DNA of 64,000 nt. Origin: an uncultured Pseudobdellovibrionaceae bacterium. GTDB taxonomy: Bacteria > Patescibacteriota > Minisyncoccia > Moranbacterales > GCA-2747515. The notes below the pieces were generated by a model. The model saw nothing but the letters and a program-made list of their open reading frames with translations. It had not been told where the DNA came from and did not search any database. The position numbers and the translations under genes were made by a program. Below are positions 19,089-29,169 of the stretch, piece after piece; the stretch's first letter is position 1; every line of letters begins with the position of its first letter. The DNA is taken from contig CAYXCH010000011.1 of the NCBI GenBank assembly GCA_964463705.1, forward strand, positions 3,473-67,472, read 5' to 3'.

Positions 19089-19994
19089 TTAAAGCAACGG
19101 CGGACCGTAGACATGGACAACTCGCGGAGCATGGGAGAGATCGTGTATTGTCGTATGATAGCGAAGTCCGGTGCGACGAGCGAGGCGGCGCAGTGCGCGA
19201 TCTTGTGAGGGGTCAATTTCACAAAGAACATCCACTCCGCTATACGGCAGTGCGCGGCGGACACGAGAGAGTTGAGCAAAGAGCTTTTCATATGCGGCAA
19301 GTCCTCCATGGGCGGCAAACAATGCCGACGGCGGTTCAAATCGCAGCGCACGACTTTCTTCTCGTTGCAGTAATTGAAAGCGATGGGTGGCATTAACGTA
19401 GGGAAGGTTGGCGCAAATAATCAGATGCGGGGCATGATGATGTAAAAACGTTCGGAGTGTGCGCGCACGATACAATGGTGTAACTCCATCGGCATGAAGA
19501 AATGCAATCTGTTCCGCCACGCCGTGCATACGGGCATTGCCATCTGCACAGTGTAATGCGCCAACACTCGTATCTGTTGCAAGAAATCCATGAGAGTGAT
19601 TGCCGCGGGCGGCACATTCGGCGGCAATACTGACGATAATATTTCCGCTGCCGGTACCCACATCAACAATAACGCTGCGCGTGTGTCGGCAACAGAGGGA
19701 GAGTGCTGCGTCCACGAGGTGTTCCGTTTCCGCTCGCGGTACCAGCGTATCAGATGTTACACGGAATGAGCGGCCGTAAAATTCTTTGGTGCCCGTAAGA
19801 TAAGAAAGTGCTACACCGTGGCGGCGACGCTGACAAGCATCTTGAATCTTTTTTGCTGTGGCGGAATCCACCGTTCGTTCCCCGAATGCCACCACCGTTG
19901 CATAATCGCAACCGGCAAAGTGTGCGATAATACGGCGAGTATCTTCACGAGCGCATGGCGAGTTTGCCACCAATTCATCAATAGTCCACGACAT
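19089..19994 (-). CDS. prmC: Release-factor glutamine N5-methyltransferase (HemK/PrmC family)
   Basis: It has the SAM-binding motif VDVGTGSGNI and an NLPY variant of the NPPY catalytic motif. The size is about 300 aa. Confidence 0.7.
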   Translation of the reverse strand: MSWTIDELVANSPCAREDTRRIIAHFAGCDYATVVAFGERTVDSATAKKIQDACQRRRHGVALSYLTGTKEFYGRSFRVTSDTLVPRAETEHLVDAALSLCCRHTRSVIVDVGTGSGNIIVSIAAECAARGNHSHGFLATDTSVGALHCADGNARMHGVAEQIAFLHADGVTPLYRARTLRTFLHHHAPHLIICANLPYVNATHRFQLLQREESRALRFEPPSALFAAHGGLAAYEKLFAQLSRVRRALPYSGVDVLCEIDPSQDRALRRLARRTGLRYHTTIHDLSHAPRVVHVYGPPLL

Positions 19995-19996
19995 AA

Positions 19997-22732
19997 TCAG
20001 TAGCGATATGTTGCCACTGTTCCGTCTTCATGAAGTGCGGTGATGGTGGAAAGGCGTTCATCAACGGTAAATGAGCGAACAGTATTAAAGGCATCGTTTG
20101 TGATATTGAGTGTTACGGTGGCGGTGTCTTTGGTTAGGGCGATGATCCGGCGCACCGCGCGGTCCAGTATAAACAATGGAGCGTCCGCATTGGCGGTAAA
20201 GAGGGCATCGGCATGTAGCGGTGGAGAAAGGTTGGCGGTGAGGGTGCTCTGTTTTTTATTTTTAAAGAATGTAACAATATCACCGGTATCGGTTGCCATG
20301 TAAATGGTTCCGTCAATGATTGTATCTCGTGGCGCGCCAAAGTCTGTTCCATCGCGTAACCAATCTACCGGCGCGCCAAATCCGTCCGGTGTGCGGGCAT
20401 GACGATAAATATCGTTATTAGTTGCGTCAAAGATATATAGATATGTCAGATACGTTGCTATACGTTCAATATCCACGCCCGGTGGCAATATAACATGTAG
20501 AGGGGTAAATTTCTTCTGTGCCGCCGGCGCAAACGCAACAAATGCATTTTTCTGTGTGCGCAAAATAATCATATTGAGCGCATCCATCGCCACCGCTTCT
20601 ACAGTGTCGTCAAACGAGTGAGGGAGTGTATACGTCTTTTTTGTGGTTGCATTGGTGATGGCGGTAATGCTGCGTGGAGCGACAACAAATGTTTTTCCGC
20701 GGACGGAGAGAAGAGAATGAATGGAAGGATCGGTATGTACCACATAGGTGCGGTGGATTACCGCACTTCCGAGATCTCGCGGTGTCTCTTCTGAGGGGGT
20801 GGCGGGGGTATGTTCCGACGTTGATTCCGGTACAAAATCTTGTGTAGCATCTTGCACTTGCATACGGTGGAGAAGGAAGGGGACCACAATAATGGCGCCT
20901 ACAACAAGAGCGGCAATTCCTCGTTGGGACGGAGATAGTGCACGGGCATGTGCAAGAAGTCGTCGAGGATGAGGAAGCAATCGTGTTCCGAGATGACGAA
21001 GACGGCATCCGATTGCTCTTGCACGAGTTTGACAATCGTGCCATGACCATGTTCGTACGGGCAACTGACGCCATGAGGTGCGCGCATGGTGGCGTACGGC
21101 ATTGACGGCGGTGCGAAGGTGTTTTCGGTGACGGTGTGCGTGTGATTGTACCGCCCGAACAAGTGCTCGAGTGGCGTGAACGGCACGAAGACGCCGCTGT
21201 GTGCGCCGAACACGCGGAACGGATTCATCATGATGCGGGGCGGTACGTGCCAGGAAGTTTTCCAACGCGGTGCCGGCAGTCAATGGATTATGTTGCCGAA
21301 TGTGATCTTCTACAACACGTTGTTCCACAGCGGTCCGTTGCGATTGAGGGACGGCTTCCGGCGGAACATCAGTGGCACGGGGAATGGTATCGGATACTTC
21401 CTGTTCTTTTTTCTCCTCCCGTTCCGATCCATCGTCCGGAAGGGCTTCTGTGATTGTTGTGGACAATGCTTCCGGGTGTTCTGATGATATGGATGATTTA
21501 AGTGATACATCGGCAGTAGTATCTTGCTTAATATTTGCTTGTTGAGTTTTTGCAGCCACCCGACGCAATTCAGCGGATTCTCGCCGGCGCTCTTGCCACT
21601 GTGCCACGGCATCCTTCCACTGCGCAATATGAGTTTTAGAGTGTGCGGAGACAGTATGCGCCGTCTGGTGAAAGCGGGTACGTATCGTGTGTTGTGCTTT
21701 ATTCAATGCGCGGTGAGTAATATCGGTAGCATGACGGAGTGTGGCATAAAGTGATTGCAATGAGGTGTGTACCGTATGACGGAGGGCGCGATACCGTTGG
21801 CGAAGAGAAAATGTCTGCTCATGAAGTACTTCATGAAGCGGTGTGCGCGCAACATCTTCCGCTTCGCCATGAACATAAATATGTGTTCGGTGACCGACGG
21901 GAGCGGGTGATGGAGATTCTTCAGAGGAAGAGGAATCCGATGGTGTCGTTGGTACGGATGACTCCGGGCGTTCAAATGCTTGCGCACTGAATACATTATC
22001 GGGAAGAGTAACGGTATCATCGGAAATATCAAGATCGTGATCACGGCGATAAATTTCCGCCCGCCGAGCAACAATATCTACCAGTTGCATACAACTGCCA
22101 TCTGTTTGATTGACCAATGCGGTACGGAAAAATTGTGTTCGTGCATCACCGTGATATCGGCGACATCCTTGCTCACAGATATCCGGAGAGAGAATATCCG
22201 CCGCATCTCGGGAGACGATGAGGAATGTATCACCATTACGACATTCCCCGCAAGCGATATCATGAAACGTTGCGAGAGTGGTATCGGATGGAGTGGAGGC
22301 ACTGATATGTTGCAGTGTATGATCGCGAAACAGTGAAATACGTCCCTGTCCGCACGTACTGAAACACACGGATTGTTCTGTAAACGCACAGACGGCACCA
22401 TCCAGTTTGTCGGGTCCCAAAACCGTGCCGTTGCGTGCCAGTTCCGTCAGTGCGATATTGACTTTTGACAACGCCGCTTCCAACGCCGCTTCCGTGCTTC
22501 TTGCCGTAGAGATATAAAATTCTTTTTTCAGAACAGCGGTAAGAAAGTTTGCCACATAGTCCATGGATGTGTCATGAACACGGAAAAATCCGATTAAAAT
22601 TCCGTGGCGTCTTTCAATAATATTCTGTGGCTGTATGGCAAACGGATCTACAAGCGTTCGTTGTACGGAAGAGCGAACAGAAGAGATTGTTGTGATATGT
22701 TGATGAAAGACTGTTGAATTTTCTGTTGTCAT
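19997..22732 (-). CDS. Large bitopic membrane protein. It has an N-terminal cytoplasmic degenerate PP2C-like domain, a His/Arg-rich low-complexity linker, a single TM segment, and an extracytoplasmic domain of about 300 aa.
   Basis: The N-terminal region contains the PP2C-like blocks GFFRVHDTSMD, FSTCGQGRISLFRDHTLQHIS (compare vGDSRxyLxRdgxlxQlTxDH) and GDTFLIVSRDAADILS (compare GDxLLLxSDGLxD). The metal-binding Asp residues are substituted. The TM segment is GIAALVVGAIIVVPFLL. Confidence 0.45.
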   Translation of the reverse strand: MTTENSTVFHQHITTISSVRSSVQRTLVDPFAIQPQNIIERRHGILIGFFRVHDTSMDYVANFLTAVLKKEFYISTARSTEAALEAALSKVNIALTELARNGTVLGPDKLDGAVCAFTEQSVCFSTCGQGRISLFRDHTLQHISASTPSDTTLATFHDIACGECRNGDTFLIVSRDAADILSPDICEQGCRRYHGDARTQFFRTALVNQTDGSCMQLVDIVARRAEIYRRDHDLDISDDTVTLPDNVFSAQAFERPESSVPTTPSDSSSSEESPSPAPVGHRTHIYVHGEAEDVARTPLHEVLHEQTFSLRQRYRALRHTVHTSLQSLYATLRHATDITHRALNKAQHTIRTRFHQTAHTVSAHSKTHIAQWKDAVAQWQERRRESAELRRVAAKTQQANIKQDTTADVSLKSSISSEHPEALSTTITEALPDDGSEREEKKEQEVSDTIPRATDVPPEAVPQSQRTAVEQRVVEDHIRQHNPLTAGTALENFLARTAPHHDESVPRVRRTQRRLRAVHATRALVRAVQSHAHRHRKHLRTAVNAVRHHARTSWRQLPVRTWSWHDCQTRARAIGCRLRHLGTRLLPHPRRLLAHARALSPSQRGIAALVVGAIIVVPFLLHRMQVQDATQDFVPESTSEHTPATPSEETPRDLGSAVIHRTYVVHTDPSIHSLLSVRGKTFVVAPRSITAITNATTKKTYTLPHSFDDTVEAVAMDALNMIILRTQKNAFVAFAPAAQKKFTPLHVILPPGVDIERIATYLTYLYIFDATNNDIYRHARTPDGFGAPVDWLRDGTDFGAPRDTIIDGTIYMATDTGDIVTFFKNKKQSTLTANLSPPLHADALFTANADAPLFILDRAVRRIIALTKDTATVTLNITNDAFNTVRSFTVDERLSTITALHEDGTVATYRY

Positions 22733-22845
22733 ATCGGAAGTGTTGTCGCTATACAGTATACTACATTTCTTTCACTTCGGCGATGGGAGGTTATGGACGG
22801 GAGATACGGAATGCGATACACTGAAACTATTATCAGTAAACACTC

Positions 22846-23991
22846 ATGACGATATCATCATCGGCGGTTATCGCCATTGACGCATCACGGGCGTTTGTAC
22901 ATGAGCGCACGGGAATCGAGGAATATGCCTATGAAGTGGTTAAACACTTGCGGGAGCCGTTGCGAGAGCGCCGTGTAGTATTATATGTTCGTTTTGGCGG
23001 GGAGGCGGCAAAACATCCGCGGACATGGATTGAAACACAGTTCTTTTCCTTGCCCGATTCATGGTCGGTTCGCGTAGTACGTCCGCGGCGACTGTGGACA
23101 CAGTGGGGGCTGGCATACCATATGTGGCGAGACGCGCCGGATGTATTATTTGTTCCCGCTCATACCGTACCATGGAAACATCCGCGCAATACGGTGGTGG
23201 TTGTGCATGGATTAGAGTATGAGATGACACCACAGGCATACAGTCGGTATGCACGGTTGTACATGCGGTGGAGTATTCGTGCATCGTGTCGGTGGGCGCG
23301 GCACATTATTACGGTTAGTGATAATACGGCGCGAGATGTACATCGTCTTTACGGAGTGCCGCGAGATCGGATGACGACGGTATATGAGGGTGTTAATAAA
23401 CCACTGGATGCGGAGGCGGACGACACCTCTCTGTGCCCCGATAATCCGTACTTCTTTTTTGTCGGGCGATTGGAGGAACGAAAAAATATTGTACGCATTG
23501 TACAGGCATTTGATCGGTTTAAGGACATACACAAGACATCGCATGTATTGGTGCTTGCCGGGGGGCGCGGATATGGAGCGGAGGCGATTGATGCGGCGAT
23601 TGATGCGGCGAATCATCAGAAAGATATTATTCGTCCCGGATTTATCAGTGATGCGCAGAAGTGGGCATTGTTGCGCGGAGCGCAGGCATTTGTTTTTCCG
23701 ACTCTGTATGAGGGCTTTGGATTGCCGGTATTGGAGGCGCAGAGCGTGCATGTGCCGGTGATTACATCCACCGTTTCCTCGTTGCCCGAGGTGGTGACGG
23801 CACCGTCGGATCCGGAACCCAGCGCATTGCTGGTAGATCCTTATGATGTGGAAGAGATTGCTGAGGCAATGGCGCACATTGCGCAGGATGCGTCACTTCG
23901 TCGTGCTATAATAGACCGAGGTGTACGTAACTGTGCACGCTTTGACTGGGCGACCTGTGCGCAGGAGATTGCGCGGGTATTGGACTATTGA
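22846..23991 (+). CDS. Glycosyltransferase family 4
   Basis: ...FFFVGRLEERKNIVRIVQAF...LVLAGGRGYG...EGFGLPVLEAQSVHVPVITS... is a typical GT4 C-terminal domain. Confidence 0.8.
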   Translation: MTISSSAVIAIDASRAFVHERTGIEEYAYEVVKHLREPLRERRVVLYVRFGGEAAKHPRTWIETQFFSLPDSWSVRVVRPRRLWTQWGLAYHMWRDAPDVLFVPAHTVPWKHPRNTVVVVHGLEYEMTPQAYSRYARLYMRWSIRASCRWARHIITVSDNTARDVHRLYGVPRDRMTTVYEGVNKPLDAEADDTSLCPDNPYFFFVGRLEERKNIVRIVQAFDRFKDIHKTSHVLVLAGGRGYGAEAIDAAIDAANHQKDIIRPGFISDAQKWALLRGAQAFVFPTLYEGFGLPVLEAQSVHVPVITSTVSSLPEVVTAPSDPEPSALLVDPYDVEEIAEAMAHIAQDASLRRAIIDRGVRNCARFDWATCAQEIARVLDY

Positions 23992-24001
23992 TGTAGTGAT
24001 C

Positions 24002-25141
24002 ATGATGTTATCGGAATTAACAGAGTTTTCCACGCTGCGAGTGGCGCTGGTGCACGATTTTCTACACACGTCGGGTGGGGCGGAGAAGGTGCTGTGTGAT
24101 TTGGCGGCGCTGTTTCCTCATGCACCGATTTATACATTGACATATGATGCGCGGACCGCTCCCGCTGCGCTTCGCTCTCGCACCATTATTTCCGCATTAC
24201 CACGATGGACACATCGGATACTTCCCGCATTGCTACCGATGTTGCCAACAATGCCGGAACTTTGGGATTTACGAGATTATGATATTGTTGTCTCATCATC
24301 CGGCGCGTGGAGCAAGGGAATTGTTACCCGTGTTAATACTGCACATGTGGCATATATTCATTCACCGATGCGATTTGTATGGGATGAGAATATGCGCTAT
24401 GCACAGCGACGGGTCGGTCGTCTTGCTCGTTCATTGCCGGCGCGGGCGATATTTTCTCGATTACGTGTATGGGATGTGGAGGCGGCGCAACGCCCCGATG
24501 TATTGGTGGCGAACAGTCACTATACGGCGGCGAGGATTGAAAAATTTTATCGGCGGTCGGCGACAGTGGCATATCCGATTGTTCCGCTTCCCGCAGAATT
24601 TTCGACGGAACCGCGAGAGAAGTTTTTTCTCACTGTGGCGCGGTTGTCAGAGTATAAGAATGTAGAATTATTGGTGGAAGTATTTACACGATTGAAGTTG
24701 CCGTTAAAAGTGGTGGGAGATGGACGGTTGCGCTCTACATTGATGCGCCGTGCCGGGAAGACGGTGACGATTTGCGGTCGTCTCAGTGATGCGGAACTGA
24801 CACGGTTATACCGGACGGCACGGGCGGTGATATTTGCCGCCGAGGAAGATTTTGGATTGGTGCCGGCGGAAGCACTTTCCTATGGAACACCGGTGATTGC
24901 ATATAACCGGGGCGGTGTTCGGGAGATAGTGCAGCCGGGGGTGACGGGGGAGATGTTTGATGCGCTTAGCGCTCCCGTGGTAGCGGATGGTATTCGGCGA
25001 TTTTTGGAGCGAGAGGAATCCTATGATGTAAAAGCAATGCAATCTGCTGTTGAGCGGTTTGGCGCGGAGCAATTTGTTACAACGATACGTTCGGCGATTC
25101 GAACGGCGCTGAAACAGACACGGGGGACATCATCGGTATGA
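24002..25141 (+). CDS. Glycosyltransferase family 4
   Basis: ...FFLTVARLSEYKNVELLVEVF...KVVGDGRL...EEDFGLVPAEALSYGTPVIAYNRGGVREIV. The start at MMLSEL (24002) follows the previous stop at 23991. Confidence 0.8.
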   Translation: MMLSELTEFSTLRVALVHDFLHTSGGAEKVLCDLAALFPHAPIYTLTYDARTAPAALRSRTIISALPRWTHRILPALLPMLPTMPELWDLRDYDIVVSSSGAWSKGIVTRVNTAHVAYIHSPMRFVWDENMRYAQRRVGRLARSLPARAIFSRLRVWDVEAAQRPDVLVANSHYTAARIEKFYRRSATVAYPIVPLPAEFSTEPREKFFLTVARLSEYKNVELLVEVFTRLKLPLKVVGDGRLRSTLMRRAGKTVTICGRLSDAELTRLYRTARAVIFAAEEDFGLVPAEALSYGTPVIAYNRGGVREIVQPGVTGEMFDALSAPVVADGIRRFLEREESYDVKAMQSAVERFGAEQFVTTIRSAIRTALKQTRGTSSV

Positions 25142-26025
25142 ACATCTTTGGTCATCGTACAATTCGGGAGCGACTGCTACAACAATACATAGACGGAAAA
25201 GTGGCGCCGTTTTTATTGTGTATCGGTCCCGATCATGTAGGGAAATCCACGGTGATGCGGCGATATGCACAAGTATTGTTGCATCGCTCTCATGACATGG
25301 AAGAATGTGGCACACTTCCGAGTGCACACCCGGATCTTGTTCATCATACTCCACAGATTGTTCGGCGCTCATCGGGAGCGCGGACAGTCGCGTCATTGGG
25401 TATAGATGACATTCGCGCTCTTTCCGTTCCGTATCGCCCTCACTGTGCGCCGTACCGTGTTATCCTTGTGGAGGCGGCGGATACATTGACGCCGGCGGCG
25501 CAGAATGCGTTGTTAAAAGTGCTGGAGGAGCCTCCACCATCTACGGTATTTTTATTTACGACGGCACATCCATCGCGTATTCTTCCCACGGTCCGTTCTC
25601 GTGCACGCGTGATATTGTTTCATCGCAGTGCGCCGGAAACGGTGCGGGCGGCGGTAGCGGCGGATGGAGTGAGTGGGGCGCGGTGCAAAGAAATCAGTGC
25701 ATTGGCGGACGGGTGTATCGGGCGTGCGCTGCGCATGGCACGAGATGAAGAATTGTACCGGTGGTATCGGGATATGACGGAAACCGGAAATGCCATAGTG
25801 ACAATGACAACGGCACAGCGGTGTGCGGTGGCGGCAGAGTTGTCTCGTGATATTCCGCGTGCTCGGGAGGCATTGGAAGTATGGATGTCGCTGTATCGTC
25901 ATCGGTTACGTCGCCATCCGCGTTTTGCAACTCGTTTGGCGGTGTTGTTGCGCACCTATACGGTATTGCGTGATAGTACGGCACACCCTCGATTGATCTT
26001 GGAGGCGGGGCTGACGGCATTGTAA
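25138..26025 (+). CDS. holB: DNA polymerase III delta-prime subunit
   Basis: The product has the Walker A-like motif GPDHVGKST and the clamp-loader motif ...ILVEAADTLTPAAQNALLKVLEEPPPSTVFLFTTAHPSRILPTVRSRARV. Its start overlaps the GT4 stop in a 4-nt ATGA overlap. Confidence 0.75.
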   Translation: MNIFGHRTIRERLLQQYIDGKVAPFLLCIGPDHVGKSTVMRRYAQVLLHRSHDMEECGTLPSAHPDLVHHTPQIVRRSSGARTVASLGIDDIRALSVPYRPHCAPYRVILVEAADTLTPAAQNALLKVLEEPPPSTVFLFTTAHPSRILPTVRSRARVILFHRSAPETVRAAVAADGVSGARCKEISALADGCIGRALRMARDEELYRWYRDMTETGNAIVTMTTAQRCAVAAELSRDIPRAREALEVWMSLYRHRLRRHPRFATRLAVLLRTYTVLRDSTAHPRLILEAGLTAL

Positions 26026-26036
26026 TTGATTTTGAT

Positions 26037-26912
26037 ATGCGAACAACACGATCTCATCGCAGATATCGTCCCGCTCGGCGTTCCGTGCGGAGACCGTCAC
26101 CATGGCGACGTGCGGTGTTGCTGCGAGTTGCTTGGTACATGGTAGCGGTGGCATATGGTGCGGTACTGGTATGGGTGGTACTGGTGTCCGATTATATGCG
26201 AATTACCACTGTAGATGTTCGCGGAACAGTACGTGTTTCACCAGAGACGGTACGAAATGCGGTATGGTCGGTATTATCCGATACAACGTGGCCGAATCGC
26301 TTACGGGCACAGTATGTTCTGGTGCCGCGGAAACAAGTGCGAGAGGCGGTGCAAAACGCAACGGCGGTAATCCGGAGTGTAACAGTGCGTAAAGTATTTC
26401 CACACACGATTATTGTTACAATTCAGGAGTGGGATACGGTGTATGCATGGTGTCATTCCGATTTATCCTGTGCCGTTATTTACGAGGATGGAGCGCTGGG
26501 AATGCCGGTAATGAATGCCGAGGCGCCGTTGCTGCGGGAGAATCCCGTTGTGCGAATTATTGATGACAGTGCGACGCCGATGGAAACAATTCAAACAGTA
26601 TGCACCACACCGTCCGCCATACAGTCATTATTGAGTGCGGCGCAATCTGTCGGATATACGGTGCGGCAAATTCATGTGGCGCATCCGTTGCATCCATTTG
26701 TAACATTGTATTTGGAGCGGGGATGGACACTGGACGTACCCTGTCATCGTCCGCAACGCATTATTCATGTTGCCGCGGCATTGGAAGATGCTTTGTCAAC
26801 AGCAGAGCGGGACCGGTTACAACGTGTGGATGCACGTGTTCCGCGAAAAATTTTTTACACGCTTCGGGAAGCGGCGACTCTTGACGAATCCGCCATCGGC
26901 GCGGTAGAATGA
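26037..26912 (+). CDS. ftsQ: Cell division protein FtsQ/DivIB-like (POTRA domain)
   Basis: The N-terminus is basic, followed by a single TM segment (VLLRVAWYMVAVAYGAVLVWVVLV) and a POTRA-like segment (ITTVDVRGTVRVSPETVRNAV). Confidence 0.55.
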   Translation: MRTTRSHRRYRPARRSVRRPSPWRRAVLLRVAWYMVAVAYGAVLVWVVLVSDYMRITTVDVRGTVRVSPETVRNAVWSVLSDTTWPNRLRAQYVLVPRKQVREAVQNATAVIRSVTVRKVFPHTIIVTIQEWDTVYAWCHSDLSCAVIYEDGALGMPVMNAEAPLLRENPVVRIIDDSATPMETIQTVCTTPSAIQSLLSAAQSVGYTVRQIHVAHPLHPFVTLYLERGWTLDVPCHRPQRIIHVAAALEDALSTAERDRLQRVDARVPRKIFYTLREAATLDESAIGAVE

Positions 26913-26922
26913 CAGACGTACT

Positions 26923-27141
26923 ATGCAGATTTTTGATATTCTACAATTGGTAACGGCAATTCTGCTGATTATTGCGATTTTGCTGCAGCATCGGTCCGCG
27001 GGCATCGGGATGTCTTTTGGTGGTGGCGGCGGAGCGGAGGGATACTATACTCGTCGCGGATTTGAGAAATTTCTTACACAGGCGACGGTAGTGCTGGCGG
27101 CGGCGTTTATTGCGGTATCGTTTGCGCGCATCGCGCTGTAA
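26923..27141 (+). CDS. secG: Preprotein translocase subunit SecG
   Basis: The 72-aa product has two TM segments flanking a Gly-rich loop (GMSFGGGGGAEGYYTRRGFEKFLTQATVVLAAAF). This matches the SecG pattern. Confidence 0.7.
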   Translation: MQIFDILQLVTAILLIIAILLQHRSAGIGMSFGGGGGAEGYYTRRGFEKFLTQATVVLAAAFIAVSFARIAL

Positions 27142-27162
27142 TGGCGAGAGCGCTTTTTCTTT

Positions 27163-28932
27163 ATGCAACAACGGAACGACACAGATGAAGCATCAATAGG
27201 ACGACGGTGCATTGCGTGGTGCTCGCAGCGGCGTGTTGTTCGTGCGTTTATTGCGGCATCATTTGTACGGAAGGTTGCTGTGGTGCTATGTTCCGCGGTG
27301 ACACTCAGTGCGTTGATATTTTGGGCATATGTGGGATATCTTTCCGTGACAGTTCCCGTGCCGGATTCGGGCGGAATATATACGGAAGCGATTATCGGGC
27401 AACCGACGTACTATAATCCGTTACTGCTGCGTGCCGGTACCGAAACCGAGGCGTCAGTGACATATTTGGTATACAGTGGACTGTTTCGTGCTGATGGCTC
27501 CGGCGGTGTTGTACCGGATTTGGCGGAGCGTGTAGAGGTAAGTGATGGTGGGAAAACGTATACGGTAACACTGCGAGGGGATGCATTATGGCATGATGGG
27601 GAGCGAGTGACGGCGGATGATGTGGTATATACGTTCAACACGATTAAAGATAAGCGATTTGCCGTGACGCCGGCATTGGCGCAAGCGTGGGCGGATGTAA
27701 CGGTAGAGCGAGTGGATGATACAACGGTGCGGTTTCGCTTGACCAAACCGTTCGCTTCCTTTGTGGAAGCGCAGTTGCGAACGGGGATTTTGCCGAAGCA
27801 TATTTGGCGTGATGTGGAGGGAGAGGCGTTTTCACGCGCTCCGGCCAATACACATCCCATCGGGACGGGCCCGTATCGTTTTGTAAAGAATGAAGTAGAT
27901 GAGCGCGGGCGTATTACGGCGGTAACGCTGGTCCGGTTTGATGATTATTATGGAACACGTCCCTATATCTCTCGTGTGAAGTTTTCTTTTGTTCACGGTG
28001 CGGATGATGCGCGGACGGCATTGGAAACGCATCAAGTATTGGCGGCGGCGGTTCGCGGGGTGGAGGATCCGGATAATGCATTCCGCGTAGTGCGGGTAAC
28101 GGTGCCGTCAGTATATGGAGTCTTTTTCAATCCGCTCAAGAGTGCGGCGCTGGCCTATGCCGATGTACGAGCGGCATTATCACGGGCAACAGATCGGACA
28201 ACGATTGTTCGGGAGGTGTTGCAGGGGAGTGTACAGGAGATTCGCGCCCCGTTTGTTGCTCCAATGGCATGGAATGTTCACACGGATGCTTGGCCGACAT
28301 ATGATATAGCGGCGGCACGGGCGATGTTGGATGCTGCGGGATGGGTTCCGGGGGAAGATGGTATTCGCGCCCGAGAAGGAACCGTACTGCGTTTTACATT
28401 GATTGTTCCGTCTTGGGGGGATATGGTAAAGACGGCGCAGGAGTTGGCAAAACAATGGCGTGAGGTGGGTGCGGATGTAACCGTGGAGGCGTTGGATGCG
28501 GATGCGTTCCGCACAGCGCTCGCACAGCGAACCTACAATGCTGTACTGTTTGGTCAGACATACTTTGCTTTTGGTGCCGATCCGTTTGCATTTTGGCATG
28601 GAAGTCAGAAAGATGCCCCGGGGCTGAATTTTGCTCAGTTGACCAATAAGGATATTGACAAAATTCTTTCTGACGCACAGGCGGAGGGAGATCCGGAGAA
28701 GCGCGCAAAGTACGCCGCCACATTTAACGAAACGTTGGCACGCTTATCTCCGGCAGTGTTTCTATACAGCCCGTTTTATACGGTAACGGTATCACAGAAA
28801 GTGCATGGTATGAGTGATGTGGCAATGTCTCGCGGCGCCGAGCGATTCGTATCCATTCCGCAATGGTATATTGCGCAGAAACGTGTTTGGCATGCGCCGC
28901 AGTGGTATCAACGCTGGCGAAAGACAGATTGA
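27163..28932 (+). CDS. ABC transporter substrate-binding protein, family 5 (oligopeptide/dipeptide OppA-like), with an N-terminal membrane anchor
   Basis: An N-terminal TM segment is followed by ...AIIGQPTYYNPLL...DGKTYTVTLRGDALWHDGERVTADDVVYTF..., which is characteristic of SBP_bac_5. Confidence 0.75.
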   Translation: MQQRNDTDEASIGRRCIAWCSQRRVVRAFIAASFVRKVAVVLCSAVTLSALIFWAYVGYLSVTVPVPDSGGIYTEAIIGQPTYYNPLLLRAGTETEASVTYLVYSGLFRADGSGGVVPDLAERVEVSDGGKTYTVTLRGDALWHDGERVTADDVVYTFNTIKDKRFAVTPALAQAWADVTVERVDDTTVRFRLTKPFASFVEAQLRTGILPKHIWRDVEGEAFSRAPANTHPIGTGPYRFVKNEVDERGRITAVTLVRFDDYYGTRPYISRVKFSFVHGADDARTALETHQVLAAAVRGVEDPDNAFRVVRVTVPSVYGVFFNPLKSAALAYADVRAALSRATDRTTIVREVLQGSVQEIRAPFVAPMAWNVHTDAWPTYDIAAARAMLDAAGWVPGEDGIRAREGTVLRFTLIVPSWGDMVKTAQELAKQWREVGADVTVEALDADAFRTALAQRTYNAVLFGQTYFAFGADPFAFWHGSQKDAPGLNFAQLTNKDIDKILSDAQAEGDPEKRAKYAATFNETLARLSPAVFLYSPFYTVTVSQKVHGMSDVAMSRGAERFVSIPQWYIAQKRVWHAPQWYQRWRKTD

Positions 28933-28968
28933 CATATTGTATACGGTACTGTATCATAACGAAATATT

Positions 28969-29053
28969 GCCGAAGTGGCGGAATTGGTAGACGCGCTACG
29001 TTCAGGTCGTAGTGGGGGCAACCCCGTGGAGGTTCAAGTCCTCTCTTCGGCAC
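28969..29053 (+). tRNA. tRNA-Leu (anticodon CAG), class II with a long variable arm
   Basis: The acceptor stem is GCCGAAG/CTTCGGC. The anticodon stem-loop is CTACG-TTCAGGT-CGTAG. The long variable arm is TGGGGGCAACCCCGTG. The T-arm is GAGGTTCAAGTCCTC. Confidence 0.85.
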
Positions 29054-29169
29054 AGTGATTCATGCATAAAAACAAGAGGTGATGTATACACCGGCGGTCA
29101 GACCGCGTTTTTGCTTGTGTGAGTCTTTTTGCACTTAGTGTTGCAATCAGTAATTAGTAGAATAATAAT

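Noticed and set aside
29054-29169. Possible weak terminator hairpin (GCGG-tcaga-CCGC plus T-run) after tRNA-Leu and an AT-rich putative rnj promoter
   Set aside because: The stem is only 4-5 bp. It is too weak to call as a feature.
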